A stretch of DNA of 63,714 nucleotides, counting the filler, from Perkinsus chesapeaki ATCC PRA-425 (Eukaryota; Protista; Perkinsozoa): assembly GCA_013115145.1 (NCBI GenBank). It is 6 parts of 6 records of this genome, joined end to end, with 100 filler letters (N's around TTAATTAATTAA, not from the genome) between each part and the next. Parts side by side here need not be neighbours in the genome. Positions count along the whole stretch, not along the records: positions 1 to 31,478 come from JAAPAO010000420.1; positions 31,579 to 57,572 come from JAAPAO010000514.1; 4 more parts are not named here. One strand, 5' to 3'. The first letter of the stretch is position 1, and each line of letters opens with the position of its first letter. The position numbers and the translations under genes were made by a program. The notes under the pieces were generated by a model that saw only the letters and a program-made list of their open reading frames with translations, had not been told where the DNA came from and searched no databases. Shown in pieces: positions 21,313 through 34,700 of this stretch.

Positions 21313-24117
21313 ATGAAAAGATCGCATAGCGAGACCATCGAAGCTCTCCCCAAGGGGGAGTGGTCTCGTGCGATCCTGTCTTGCAAGGACCGTGCCGACG
21401 CTTCGGCTTTAGTTTGTCGTCTCCTCAACACATCTCCATCCACCACCGAGAGGTCCTGCACTCACTGTGTGCGAAGTTTCGGTGAGGAGGGGGCATCCAG
21501 GCCATGTACCTCCTGTGGGGAGGTGTACCGACTCACAAGACAGTGGCAACGCGAAACGGTTATTGCGGCGCTCGATGTGGTTCTCTCCGAACACGAAGTC
21601 ATCCGGGCGGAATCTGAGTTTAATGGAAGTCCTTTGGTTGTGACAACGGCTATGCGAAGGAAGTGGTGCGATATTATGAAGTTCGTCGGTGAAGTTGTTA
21701 AGGTTGGCAACTTCCCCCTGCCCGATGCTCTGTGGCATAAAATCACTCGGTGCGCTACGGGACCACTGGTGCTCCTGGTACAGACTACCACATGGATGAA
21801 TAATGATATATTTGACAGTATCGCCAGCTTCATCAAATCGGCAGTGGAGCGAAAGGCGCTTGTGCCGTCCTTCGGCACAGTAGTTGGAGAGAACAAAAGC
21901 GTGGTCGAGTATCTGAGATTGGTTCATACCGATTCTTTGAAAAATAAGATAACTTTGTTGGTTGACGCTGTGGACCGTAGATGGTCCAATTGGAGTGTTA
22001 CGTCCGAGGGTGACTACATTAGAGCGTTGGAAGGATACAAGTTGAAAAGTTCGACGACTTTAACTTCAACACATGCTTTTAAGAACAACTCAACCGTAAC
22101 CAGTCCCGCCGTCACCAAAAGTAGGTCGTCGTTCATTTCCTACCGGTATCATCCTCGACCGCGCTGTCGTATAGAAAGGAGTATAGCGGTGATCGAGATA
22201 GATCTTTCGAATGAGGTGCTCGACAAAGCTTGTTTGAAATGAGGTCTGGGGAAGTGAGAGGGAATATGAATCATGATAAAATCAATAGATTTGATGCTCT
22301 AGATTGGTTAGTAATATATGTTGAAGGTTGGTGGTGCAAGAATGGAAAATTCTATATGTGCAAGTCAAGTCTAGTATATTGCGGTTTTTCAATCAGAAAG
22401 TGACATCTTCCATTTCCAGGGATGCAACATGAGATTCGAGACCTAACTCGTCATTTGCCCATCCACCCCGAGTCCTCCATTTATGTCGTTTATGATGACA
22501 AGAGAAGTGATCTTCTTAAAGCTATGATAACCGGTATGACATTATCAACTTCATCGCCGTGACTTTCTCCTTCAGGGCCGGTCGGAACTCCATATGCGAA
22601 TGGTTGCTTTGTTTTCGACATACACGTATCATCTACTTATCCGAATGCCCCTCCGAAGGTCAAGTTTATGACGACTGGCGGGGGGAAGATAAGATTCAAT
22701 CCGAACCTCTATGCAAATGGGTGACTATTTCCTGTGTTGGTTTTTGATGAGTAGTTACCATTTCTACCAGTATCCTGTGCTTGAAATCGCTATGTGCCAC
22801 AACCTCTATTGAATACCTTGCACACCGTTGCTTGTTTTGATAGCAACAATGAGATGATTAAAAAGCTCAGCCTTATTCGATGAACGTTCACATGGTCGAT
22901 TGTGATTCGAGCTTCGTCGTTGAGAAATAACCTATAGAACGAGTACTGTTAGAAATGTGGTGTATACCCGCTTGGCTGGACACTGCAGATTGAAGTTACT
23001 AACGTTATATATTGTATCTTTGGCGCACAACATGAATGTACTTCAACAACACAACAACACTTCAACGAAACGCATGAACATTTATTATTGACATACCTTT
23101 TAATAGAACTAACGTAACATCATCTCCCTCAGAAAAGTATGTTTATCGTTATTGGGCACATGGAGAGGCCCTGGCTGGAAGGCCAAGGAGTCTAATATTA
23201 GACAAGTCCTATTGTCTATTCAAGGATTGGTTCTTGTTCCTCATCCTTATTTCAATGAACCTGGTAACACTGTTAATGGATTTATTATTACTCTTATAAT
23301 AACATTGATATATACCGCTCCCTTCTCTNNNNNNNNNNNNNNNNNNNNNNNNNNNNNNNNNNNNNNNNNNNNNNNNNNNNNNNNNNNNNNNNNNNNNNNN
23401 NNNNNNNNNNNNNNNNNNNNNNNNNNNNTATTAACGTATTTTATATGGTCATACCGCTCCCTTCTCTTATTAACGTATTTTATATGGTCATACCGCTCCC
23501 TTCTCTTATTAACGTATTTTATATGGTCATACCGCTCCCTTCTCTTATTAACGTATTTTATATGGTCATACCGCTCCCTTCTCTTATTAGCGTATTTTAT
23601 ATGGTCATACCGCTCCCTTCTCTTATTAACGTATTTTATATGGTCATACCGCTCCCTTCCCGTATCGCCATTAACGTCTAGCAAATCTCACAACACTGTC
23701 GATCAGTGTCGCACAGCGTTCGTTAGTTAGTTCGGTCACTCATAAATATTTTCAGGATTTGAAGGCTCGATGAATACCTCACAAGGCAGCAGAGCTTCAG
23801 AGACCTACAACCAGAGCATCCGGAGTCACTGTCTGAGAACTGCTATATTGAATATGATGAGAAAGCCTCCAGTCGGGCTCGAAGAGGTGGGAATTCTTGC
23901 GAGTGCGATAAAGATTCTTTTTCAGGTCGTTCGTTTGCACTTTCAATACCGAGCTGACCAGATCCTTTATCAACTCGAGGAGTGGGAAGCGTCGGCTGAT
24001 GCAGGCCACAAACCAGCCGTTTCTAAGACTTCATCGGAGCTAAGACCATTGCTCGAAGCTGCTAGAAGGCAAAGAGTAGATATCCCTCCGGAAGTGATCG
24101 ATCTTGATGATGACTAG
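21313..24117 (+). CDS. Ubiquitin-conjugating enzyme E2, BIRC6/UBE2O-like UBC domain with N-terminal extension
   Basis: [10 protein letters not shown]|[72 protein letters not shown], preceded by the 309-aa ORF 21313-22242. May start near 20835. Confidence 0.85.
23429..23660. repeat. 39-bp intronic minisatellite (about 6 copies, running into a gap)
   Basis: TTAACGTATTTTATATGGTCATACCGCTCCCTTCTCTTA in tandem; a partial unit also lies left of gap 23329-23428. Confidence 0.95.
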
Positions 24118-24549
24118 TTAATGTTGTTACTTATTAGTTTACTATGATTGCTGAGATGCTTTGTTTCATTTGTATGTGTTTTGTTCATTTTAAAAGTAAC
24201 AAAACTGCTCTGAGGAGTGGGTCTTTCCATCTGGTCAGTATTTTGAAACTTTCTTGGTTGTATAGAAACATTTAAGAATCTGCTAAAGTCTACCATATAA
24301 AGAAAATGAAGGTTATTCAATTGCACGTAGATAAGTATCATCAGATTCGCTACCCGTTTTCTGTCTCTCCTGTCGGTGAAAATGTATGTTTGAAGTCGGC
24401 CATAGTCTCTGTTGCATCATTTTCGTATTAGTCCGCAGTTTATTAATGACGCTTGAAGATGCATACGAGAGGCCTTGTTGGGAGTCTGATGTTTGGCTAT
24501 CTGAAAGACTCACAGAACCTTCCGTCATTAATGCGTCTGCGGTAGGATA

Positions 24550-27500
24550 AGTCGCCTTACCTCAAATGCCTGTTTGCACACGTTAGCGATGAACCTCTGA
24601 GCTTTTCCAGGCTTCTACCCTCAAGTGTTATAATGATATAGGGCTAGGCTAGTGTCAGTAGCAAATGCTACCATTTCTTTGGGATGGTCAAAGAAGCCCA
24701 TGGGATAGATTCCCTATGAGCTGTTGTGAGCCATCTCACCACATCGACTCCATCACTGCATCGTTACATTGTTAATGTCCTCAGTGCCTTCACTTACCGT
24801 ACCTCTCACGATTTCAGCTTCAAGGAGAGACATTCCCGAAAATTCCGAATTTTTTCCTCCATAAGATGCGAGATGATATTATATTAGACATTTTGGTGGA
24901 TAAAGGAAAACTGCTAGAAAGACGTTGTCACCGGCGCTGGCTGTCGATGTGCCATGCTCAGATTGGTGTTTTCGTTGAAGTTCCTGAACACCATACGAGT
25001 TCGTCATCATCATCATCATCTTCCTCCACCCACTTTGAAGACCCTGAACAGATACTACTGTTTTATGGCAGTTCTGTAAGTAGCATCCTGATAAGGGAAG
25101 ATTTGCTAGACTAGACATACTTTTGGGGGAGGGGAGGCTTGATTTTATCATAGAGAAATACGATACGGGGTGTCTCTAACATTAACAGTGTGATGGTATT
25201 CATAAGCCATTATTGCTAGGGAAGTTCCCTGGTTTCAAATGATATAATATTATTACTTTATACTAATTATTACTTTGTTTACGACTGTTATGATTATAAC
25301 TGATATAATGAACTATTACTATCGTCTGTTCATTCAGTTTATAGAAGTTCGGCAGACGAAGTTCCCTATGAGAGTTGTATGGAACCAGCAGCTCTTTGGA
25401 GAGCACACGTCACATGTTATCGATGCGAAGAAGGTCAATTTGGGAACCAAGCTCGATGCGGTAATTCATCTTTCTGACACCTCTAGCCATTCTCTTTTGT
25501 TATGCCAGGTTGTTCTACTAACACTCGATGGCTCTTTATTCATAATACAATGGACGAATACAGACTACGGCTTCACGGTACGGGAAATTCGGCCATTCAA
25601 ACATGAAGGTGCGACAAAGACATAATCGTTTCTCGGATACTTTCCTCAGATTTCAGTCTAGTCCTTACTGGCGTGTGGGACTTAAGACAGCCTGAATCGG
25701 GTGGCGAGATAGTTATCGTTCGTTCGGCCGTGTCCGAGAAGGTATGTGATAATCTAGCTTAAAAAATCACACATCCGCAAGTTGTGACAGCACGGAAACT
25801 GCTGCTGCTTTTGGTGCTAACAGTGGTTTGGGGGTAGCTGATGCTTCCTGTTAATCATTCTAGACAGAATAGCCATTCCCTCCAGTGGCTCATATATATT
25901 GTGTGGATATATGTATTTAATGTACGGACATCAGTATTGAATACTTCTAAGATGATATATGTCATACATGAGAAGGTCATGAACCCACACCGTGACCCAC
26001 CGTCATGTTCCGGCGGCCGACTATTATAGATTTGCGGGTTGTGACTACTTGAGATCCACCGTTTGGTAAGCTGGAGGTCTTATTTGGCTACACTGTAGTC
26101 CAAATGTAATTCTATTAGCCTGAGTTTTCAAACTCAGGCCAGTGGCCACTTGAATACCTTAACCGTACCGTAGTTGCTCAAGCCAGCTTCTGGTTAATGG
26201 TGATGTAGCTAAATACAACTGATGGTTATTCTTGATCATCATTTGTATGGCAGTATTCGCGAGTTAGTTTCACTGTTGTATTAACCAGCCCACGAATGCT
26301 GAACAACCTTCAGAGGCAGCCGTATCGGGATAGATTGCACATTCAACATCATATTGGCAGAGTACGATATTCTCAGTTATGGGTGCGCTACCGACTGAAG
26401 GGACAGCCAAGCCAATCGCGATCGCTGTAATACGGTCTAATATTACTGAAACGTGACTAACGCCTCGTGCTTCTCTCACGTGATCAAGAACATGAGAGAC
26501 AATAACACTGAGCTTGGGTCGTTTCATACAGTGGTTGATGGCTACTTAGTCCGACAGCTGAGCTTATTACATAACTACACACTGCGATACTTAATTCCAG
26601 TAAGGTCAAGAACAGTGCCGCAGCAACCTGCATCATCACAAATTGTACTTTACAATGATTCCTGTTCCCACACTACCACCACAACGCAGCTAATCAGAGC
26701 AGCAGCGTTCCTGCTGACTCGGACTTGTGTTGAAACTGGGAGCAGATGGGAATTTTGTCTGAATAAGTGGAAAAGTAAATTCGTATTTTCATTCTGTCGT
26801 AAACTGTGAGATATAGCAACCTATTACTTTGATATTCCAGGTCATGCTGTCTGTTTATCGTCCCTTACCCATCGGAGATGTCGAAATGATCAAGCCAGAC
26901 GGTGAGATCCGTCAGCTTCGAGAATAGTCATTTTTCGCGAGCGTGAATCAGGTTCCAAAGGGCCAGATTACGTTACTGCGGAGTTTGGGAGAACAATAAA
27001 TCTGAAGGGCTTAACAAAAAAGCGGTCGGAAAGACTTGCAATGTCCGGTATTATAAGAGGCTTAAGTCTATTTGAGGGAGGCTTGGCGGTGAGACTAAAT
27101 CTATGTAGATGCGTTCATTCTACGATCTTTTTCGTCTACCTTTCTCAGGTAGCACTATGCTCGCCATTCAATGGTACGACCATATGTGTCCTTGAAGCTC
27201 CATCTTACAGTACTATAACTCTCCTGGTGGATCCTGCAAGTAAGGGGTGTGGATGATCCACAGTGGATGCTTTGAATTCACTCTTTACAACATTCGCCAC
27301 AGAATGAGTCTCGAGGCAGATAGATCTTAGTTATTATTCAATCATAGCGCTGCGGTATCATATATAGACTCGTATATCGATTGATGGAAGTAATGATACG
27401 CTCAACAATAGTGCTACTCCTCTACTATGGCATTTCTAGGTCAAGTTAATTATATGCCAGGATTTTGGAAACCTTACCCATTCTATCTATGAATTACCCG

Positions 27501-30500
27501 ACCATTTGATGATATACCCAAAATTTTGATAATTTATCATGTCTGTTTAGTAGCATAAAAGGTCGAAATGAAGTAGCATTATAAATAGGTCTCTTTCTTC
27601 CTCATCATCATGATCATATAATTAACTTGACCTGGAAATGCTATAGTATAAAATCTCCAAATTGGTTTTTGTAATACCGCAGCAGTTCTTTCTACGTTCA
27701 GTTACCCACACAAGTGTTTTCAACAGTAACCTTCGGATAGCAGCCGTGTCTGGTGGGCTGCTTATGATTTACCAACTTTCGATGGGTTTCTAGATTGCCC
27801 TCGATCAAACTCAACGCCTTTATCCCTGATGGTCTCTGAAGACGGAAGATCTGTTGTTGGTGTTTGTGACATGATGATCTTAAAAGTCGATAAGTAGGTC
27901 TAAATTGTTGGCTTATTCGGGGAACCTAATCTCACCAATCTTTGATGAGATGAAGTCTTTAATACTTTATCACTATATATAAAACTATCGTGCAACCCCA
28001 CGAAAGTTTTACTACTGCAAGTCTGTAGTATTAACTTAGTGTTTCGGAATTATGCGACACCCCGCATTCTTACTGGTGAATAAGTAGTGCTGGCCTGTGC
28101 TGTAGTAAACAATAGTAGTTCAATAACAAAATTAAAGTTATGCAATAATAAGTAATAAAAGCGGACAGTGTGAGCTCCAGTTCCTTGCCGAAAGATACTA
28201 CTAGCTTTGTAGAACTTGGCTGAGCTTCGTAGATATTTTGAAACTCGAATTGATATTTGTCGTTTGTTTCAGGTACCGTTGGTCAGCCCATCGAGTTGCT
28301 ATACGTGGTGGTGAGTCTGACAAAGATGCCAGCAAGAGGTGGGGATCTATAGAACGCTAATATGATAGGTATGGTAGGTATGATGAGAGATGTAGGTTGA
28401 CAGAGGATGAAAAAGATGGCAGAGGGTCTCTTATCGAAGATCCTCCTCCACCAGGCAGCATTGTGAGATTCTCATCGTTGGACAAATTGACTTTGCACTC
28501 TACTTCCAACTCGGCAGCGATACCTGTGATAGTCTTTAGCTGAATCCTCAATTTGCCTTTGAGTCAGTTTGGTCAGGATTACTTGCTCACAATCTGCTCA
28601 TCTGACATGAGCTCTCTGGATCCCCCCTTGGCCTATTAAATTCGCGACATTCTCATGACTATGGAGTATTTCACTTCACAAACACTTTTCTGATCGTGAA
28701 TTCACGTGACGAGATAGGAATCATTATTTGCAGGTGCCATCGCCACAGCTTCTAAGATTCACTAAATCGTTGTCTGTCTGGGGCACGACTGCTCGAAGGA
28801 TGACATTCAGAGGAATGGATAATCTTCGGCCTACTATAGGTGAATTACAAAGCCTCTATGTGATGAATTATTGATTGTGCAATATCGCCTTCCTATCAAC
28901 CATACTTAGTTCATAATAAAATTAATATAAATTTATATTTGTCGCAGTCTGAGACGGCTCATACTGCTTGGAGGCCTCCTTTTGCCTTGTTTGAAAATGT
29001 CCTGTAAAAGATTGCTATTGTGTGTTGCTCAGTTGATAGCACTCCTTTGCCTCCAGTGGCTCCAATGAGGCGGCCACCATTGAAGGGGATCGATAAGGAC
29101 TGTCTCGGTGAGAAGCTCGATAAATTTAGCATCTTTCCGATATCCCCTTGGTGATCTCCGATGAAAGCTTTCTACAGTATTCTGATTCGCATTTGTGGAT
29201 TGGTTTAGTAGCGCACAGAACCACTAAGTCGTCCCATGTTACCTTCTCTTGTGGGATGTATAATACTGAAAATCTTAATTCGAAGTGAATTATCGAGATT
29301 GCAGACATCACCGACCGTGGTCTCTGTGAGAGTGCCTATTCGACAGGTATGATAACATCGACAACCTGCCTATTGCCAACGCATCTCAACATAGATGGTG
29401 ATGCGGTTGTCTTACTATCAGATCCTATGGGAAAGCTATGGGTAAGAGACTAAGTAGATTAAACAACTACGCAGGAACTGCTCGGAGGTTTTTGATAATT
29501 TTTAATGCTAACAGAAGTAGTGGTTGCGCTAGATTGAGAAAGGAGACAGCGCACACAATCCAAGATACCCCTCGTGCGCGTATTTCGTCACATCACTCAT
29601 ACAAGATTATAAAAAGATTTTCGAGTAACACTTCATTCGAATGGTGAAGTTGTTTTCAGTTCTTTCCGCTCGGAACAAGAAATCAAAATCCTTCGGCGAC
29701 CGAGAAGAGACAGATAGTTGAAGTCGATTGCGAAAGTGACTTTGTGTAAGTGATGATGACTACGGACATTAGTTTATTATTTCCGATCAGTTATCCGTGC
29801 CCAACTCGACACCTCATCCCTATTGGGAATGCTGGTTATATAATATGCATTGGTGAGTGTGGTGCACCATCCCAGCTGCTCAAGATTCACCACACGTGAG
29901 TCCTTCAGCAGCTTCGCTCCGCTGAGATTGTTTTGTCAGAGATGACAGGAAGGGATTGCGCGTCCATATAGCCTTGCCTTGGCCACCGATCCCTACAGAC
30001 CGTCCATTGCTGCCAGCTCCTATCATACGTATCTGGTAAGCCTGTGAACTCCAACAACAAGAACGTTCGAGATCATCACCCACCTCGGACGTCGGGTGAA
30101 TACCTCCCAACCGCGGCTCCCCTTTAAAGTGTTTTCTCGCATTTCTGCCATGTAGAGAACTCGTAATTTGCTTTGGAGCAGCAAATATGGTTCTCGTGGA
30201 TTTTTGCCAAAGCATGTTATTCAACGACACGAATGATGCATGGTCTCATGAATCATTATAAGATTCTTAATATGTATCAATAATGACCCCGTTGTCTCTA
30301 TAGGACTCTTTTGTGGCCCATTTCCTTGTCCAATTCTTATGACTCTATCATGACAACTCTGTTTCTGTAGAGATATTACTGAACTGGTAGTCGAATATAT
30401 GGTGTAATACGTCATCAATTTGAGCTGCTATTTTCTATCATTTCTTCAGTGAGCTGCCAAGAGGCCTGACAGATGTGAATGACGATGACACGAGTTTCCC

Positions 30501-31478
30501 CTGCCCTCCAACAGAGGAGCATTCGACGTTCACCACAGTACGACAGCGATATACTACCATACCAGCTACGCCGTATTCAGGCCATAGCGCTTGGTGGCCA
30601 GTATCCGAGCTCATGTCTATCTTTCATAGTTCTAGATTCAGTGAGGAGCCTAAACTATCCTGTCTTTTAATCTTCCTTTCGATCAGCCCTCTATATCGCT
30701 CGAGGTAGAGGTGGCCAGTATCGGTCCGCATCCACCACGGGAGATATTTGCTATGAAAGTTCACCGTGGTGAGTTGAAATATGTTTCACTGTAACGAGAT
30801 GGATTTCGGTACCAACGATTTGGCAGCTACTTTCGCACATGAGGGTTTACTTTATATAAAAAGTCTATCTTTACAAGAGCCAAAGGTCTGCGTGCTTGCT
30901 GGCCAGAAAATGGAAACTGTGACGTATCTACCGTCCATCAAGCATTCTTTGAAATATCTTGCCCACTTTTTCCAATTCCACGCTGGCTTGAGCGAAAGAA
31001 TCCTTTTTAAGAGAATCTCGGCGACATTTCACAGAAGTGTATTTTCAATTAGAAAACGTAAGGCTCTACCAAGTAAGCCGGTCGACAGATTTTCGAATTG
31101 TCGTCGGTCTCGCCTCCGAGGTTTGGTATTTTTGAGAGTAGGTACGATGATCCTCCTTGCCTTTGAAAACTGCACCAAAGCGATTTTTCTCGCTGAGAGT
31201 CCGAATCAAGAAGAGCCATCATTTTCCGAGATGAAGAATCCGGTGTGGTTGCGTCAGACAGATGGTACGTTACTGGCGGTGTTGGGAGATAATAACGAAC
31301 TGTTGGTCTATGAGGATGGTGTAAGCTGGGGGGAAAGATACTGTGAATTAGGTTTCATATTTACGGGAGAGGAGTCTCATGTTTCATCGATCACATATGA
31401 TGAAACTATCAAACTCCTTTCTATTATATCTCCTCCTCCTCCGTATCACTAGTAACATATTTCCTATCAAACTCCTTT
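24550..31478 (+). CDS. DDB1/CPSF160/SF3B3-family beta-propeller protein (most like DDB1), 3' part lost at the gap
   Basis: Motifs in DDB1-like order: VVLLTLDGSLFIIQW; DGDAVVLLSDPMGK; HLIPIGNAGYIICIGECGAPSQLLKI; EVASIGPHPPREIFAMK; KVCVLAGQKMETV. Divergent; boundaries approximate. Confidence 0.55.
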
Positions 31479-31700
31479 NNNNNNNNNNNNNNNNNNNNNN
31501 NNNNNNNNNNNNNNNNNNNNNNTTAATTAATTAANNNNNNNNNNNNNNNNNNNNNNNNNNNNNNNNNNNNNNNNNNNNGGAGATATAATAGAAAGGAGTT
31601 TGATAGGAAATATGTTACTAGTGATACGGAGGAGGAGATATAATAGAAAGTAGTTTGATAGGAAATATGTTACTAGTGATACGGAGGAGGAGATATAATA
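31406..31700. repeat. 55-58 bp satellite in opposite orientations on either side of gap 31479-31578
   Basis: Left: CTATCAAACTCCTTTCTATTATATCTCC..CCGTATCACTAGTAACATATTTC. Right: its reverse complement with a 55-bp period (31581, 31636, 31691). Confidence 0.9.
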
Positions 31701-31784
31701 GGAGGATAGCTTGATCGTATCTTCGATTGACTTCACCTTACAAGATATTTTCAAGGTCAACCTGAGTGTATCTTTGATTATCTT

Positions 31785-34700
31785 TCCATAGTTACGTCCG
31801 TGTCGAGTCCCCATTCTGTGTCGATATGCAAATCGTGGATCTTCCTGGATTCCGCGATTTCGCGTTGGATAAGGAAAAGCAGCAGTTGGCCGACCAAATT
31901 GATAATCTGGTGAATTTCGTGGCGCGGTGACGATTATGAAAGGATTTCATTAGGTTATGAGGTTCATGCAAGATACACGTAATGTTATGTTATGTGTTGA
32001 AGAAGCAGGTGATGCCGCGAATCTTTCGACATTGTCAAGATGCAAGAGATTGGATCCCGGATTTCAAAGGACGATATTAATCAGGTTATAATCAGCCAGG
32101 GGACGGGGGAAAGGCTCGTCATCATCAGTCGCCGGTTGATATCAGCATTCTCGTCAAACCCTCGGGACGGTATGTGCTGATCGATGAATTTTATTGGTGA
32201 TCATTGTTACTTCGTAACGTACTCGTACAGTTGATGTCGGTATTGTATTATCTGGTCGCGAGAATAGCTCTCTCCGATCTGGGATAACTGGGATAAGCTG
32301 CGTACAATCAACGAATCTGTGTGGAAAACTAAGATAAGCAATAAGACGATTTTCATAGTTAAACTTAAAAGAGTAGCTCGTACGCGAATACCGGAATATC
32401 TCAGGTTGAAGCGCGTAATATTGCTCTTTGCTTAAAGAAGAATCGACACTTTGTTGTTGTTGTTCACAGCATTGTCATTCTTCATAGTAACTCAATAAGT
32501 AGATATCTAACATGAACTTTCGGGTATTATTTTTCTAGGGGGAATTGTTGTTGTTTTTCTTCAGGAATAAATTGGATAAATATTATCGTGATTTAACATC
32601 TCAGAATATCAATGATTGGTTGAATGGATTTGGTGATTTACCGGAGAATCTTAGTAAGTATAAACCTCCGATGTATCTTTGTATTTTAACCTATGACGTA
32701 TCTTTGTTTTTCAACCTATAACGTATCTTTGTATTTTAACCTGTAACGTATTTTTCTATTTCAACCTATAACGTATCTTAGGTAAATTTTGTATGACATT
32801 ACCACATTGGAAGGATGGTGAAGATTGTCCGAAACCATTTGCCGAGTTGAGAGAAGATATGAATAAACAGGATTTGGCGGAATTGAAGTGGGGAGTATCT
32901 TTGTCGCCTCGAAATGCATCCTTCAACCTCAAATATCCCAACCTTGACATATCTGTTGTGCTCTTATACCGTTATCAACTTTGTCTTTTTCAAGGTCGAA
33001 GGGAGCGAGCGAGAAGTTCATGGGGACGATTGGTTTCAATAATTTTACAAAATACATGGAAAGGCGAATAGAAGTTATGTTTGCCCAGTCAATCGGTCCT
33101 GTACTAAAGAAGGTAGTATCTTAGCTTGAAGCGTGCAAGATACATAGTAAGTTATTTTGTTAGCTGAAAGATTTGAAGCAACAAAATTTGGAGAAAGAAG
33201 AGAGTATGAAGGATGAGATCGAGAATACGAACCCAGCGCAGATTGTGTCAACTGTTCGAGATGTCGGTATGAGTTTTGCACACTCGTTAAATCACGTCAT
33301 GGAGGGGTAATGGGGAAGGGGAGACACCTGCCGCTTGGGAAAGTTCATTTCCCGAAAGATATTTTCCCATGAACTTTTCATTGGTAAATTCCAGACCGCC
33401 ACTGAGCGATTAAGTTGGATTCATCGAATAGGTTGACGATGAATTGCATTTATGTGCCAAAAGGGTCGTGATATCCTCCTTCTGCTCCACCACTGCGCAG
33501 ATAGTCAACATATTCTCTTAGAGTCTCTAGAGGGCATTATCCGATAAGTTAATATGCTTCATGTCATTGCCCTTCACTTCCCCACCATCGCCAATAGAGG
33601 GATCCTGTGTAATTTCATCACAATCCTCTTCCCTTGTTGAAGTATGTATAGTGAAATGGTATTAGGATAGTGGAAAGGGTATCGTTGAATTATTCCGTTT
33701 GCCTTAGCAGATTTGAGCATATGTGAGATATTGCTTCAATTGTTTAGTTTTGTACGTTCCGATGCTGGTCGATTAACACTTGAGGATGAGCTCAGAGCTT
33801 TCCAGGCCTATGAGGAGGTAAGGGCAGGTATTTGCCAGAATGTTTTCCTCTCTAAATGGCATGTGCACGCATGAACCTTGGATACTTTCAGGGTCAAGGT
33901 GCCGATTTTATGATGCTTCCCAGCGAAGACTTCGCATGTTTGGACGACTACATTGATTATTTGCGGAATGATATCAAAGTACGTTGAGAAAAAGCAAGAT
34001 TGTTCGAGATTGCAAGATTTGTTAGGTGCCAGCATTTGATGTTGAGATTAATGGTGGTGCGCAGTTTAGGAGGTTGATGTATGAGGTTGAAGTATTTTTA
34101 AGATTCTCTGAGATTGGTGTGGAAACAAAGAAGAAGGATGTTATACAGGCTAGGGGTAATAAATAGGGAAAGATACGTTAAAGGTTAAATAGGGGAAGAT
34201 ACTTCAGAGGTTACATAGAAAAAGATACTCATGAGGTTAAGTAGGAAAAGATACTCGAGAGGTTAAATATGGAAAGTTACTTGAAAGGTTAAATATGGAA
34301 AAATCTCTTAGAGGTTAAATAAGAAATATCCTAGAGGTTGAGCAGGAAAAGGCGTTACAGAGACCGCCTAAATCGTCGGTGATAATATTATTGAAACAAT
34401 CTCCCGTTTGATTAATCTTAAAGATTTTTTTGAGGTTGACTGTGCATCTTTGTTTTCCCTCTTCAGGTGTTTCTATGGGCTCCGTAACTTGGAGGGATGT
34501 AATTGTTAAATTACTTTGCACAGAGGCATTAATTCCTATGAAGTCTAGGATTCAATATGCAGGTAATGTCAATGTCATATCTTGCAATCTTGACCAATCT
34601 TACGTTTCCTCAACGGGTAGTTCCCTATAGACATTCACAAATTTACGGTTATTACTTTTAATAAAATGGGCTTACTGACTTCAATTGGGGAAATGAGAAG

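Noticed and set aside
23429-23660. Tandem arrays here and at 50880-51090 considered as CRISPR-like
   Set aside because: No unique spacers, no cas genes, eukaryotic context.
23247-23730. Repetitive ORFs ([12 protein letters not shown].., [12 protein letters not shown].., [13 protein letters not shown]..)
   Set aside because: Translations of the 39-bp intronic minisatellite.
26165-26185. ACCGTAG..TTGCTCAAG resembling a relic perkinsid/dinoflagellate spliced leader
   Set aside because: Needs a 5-6 nt internal deletion, lies in an intron and is not upstream of a start codon.
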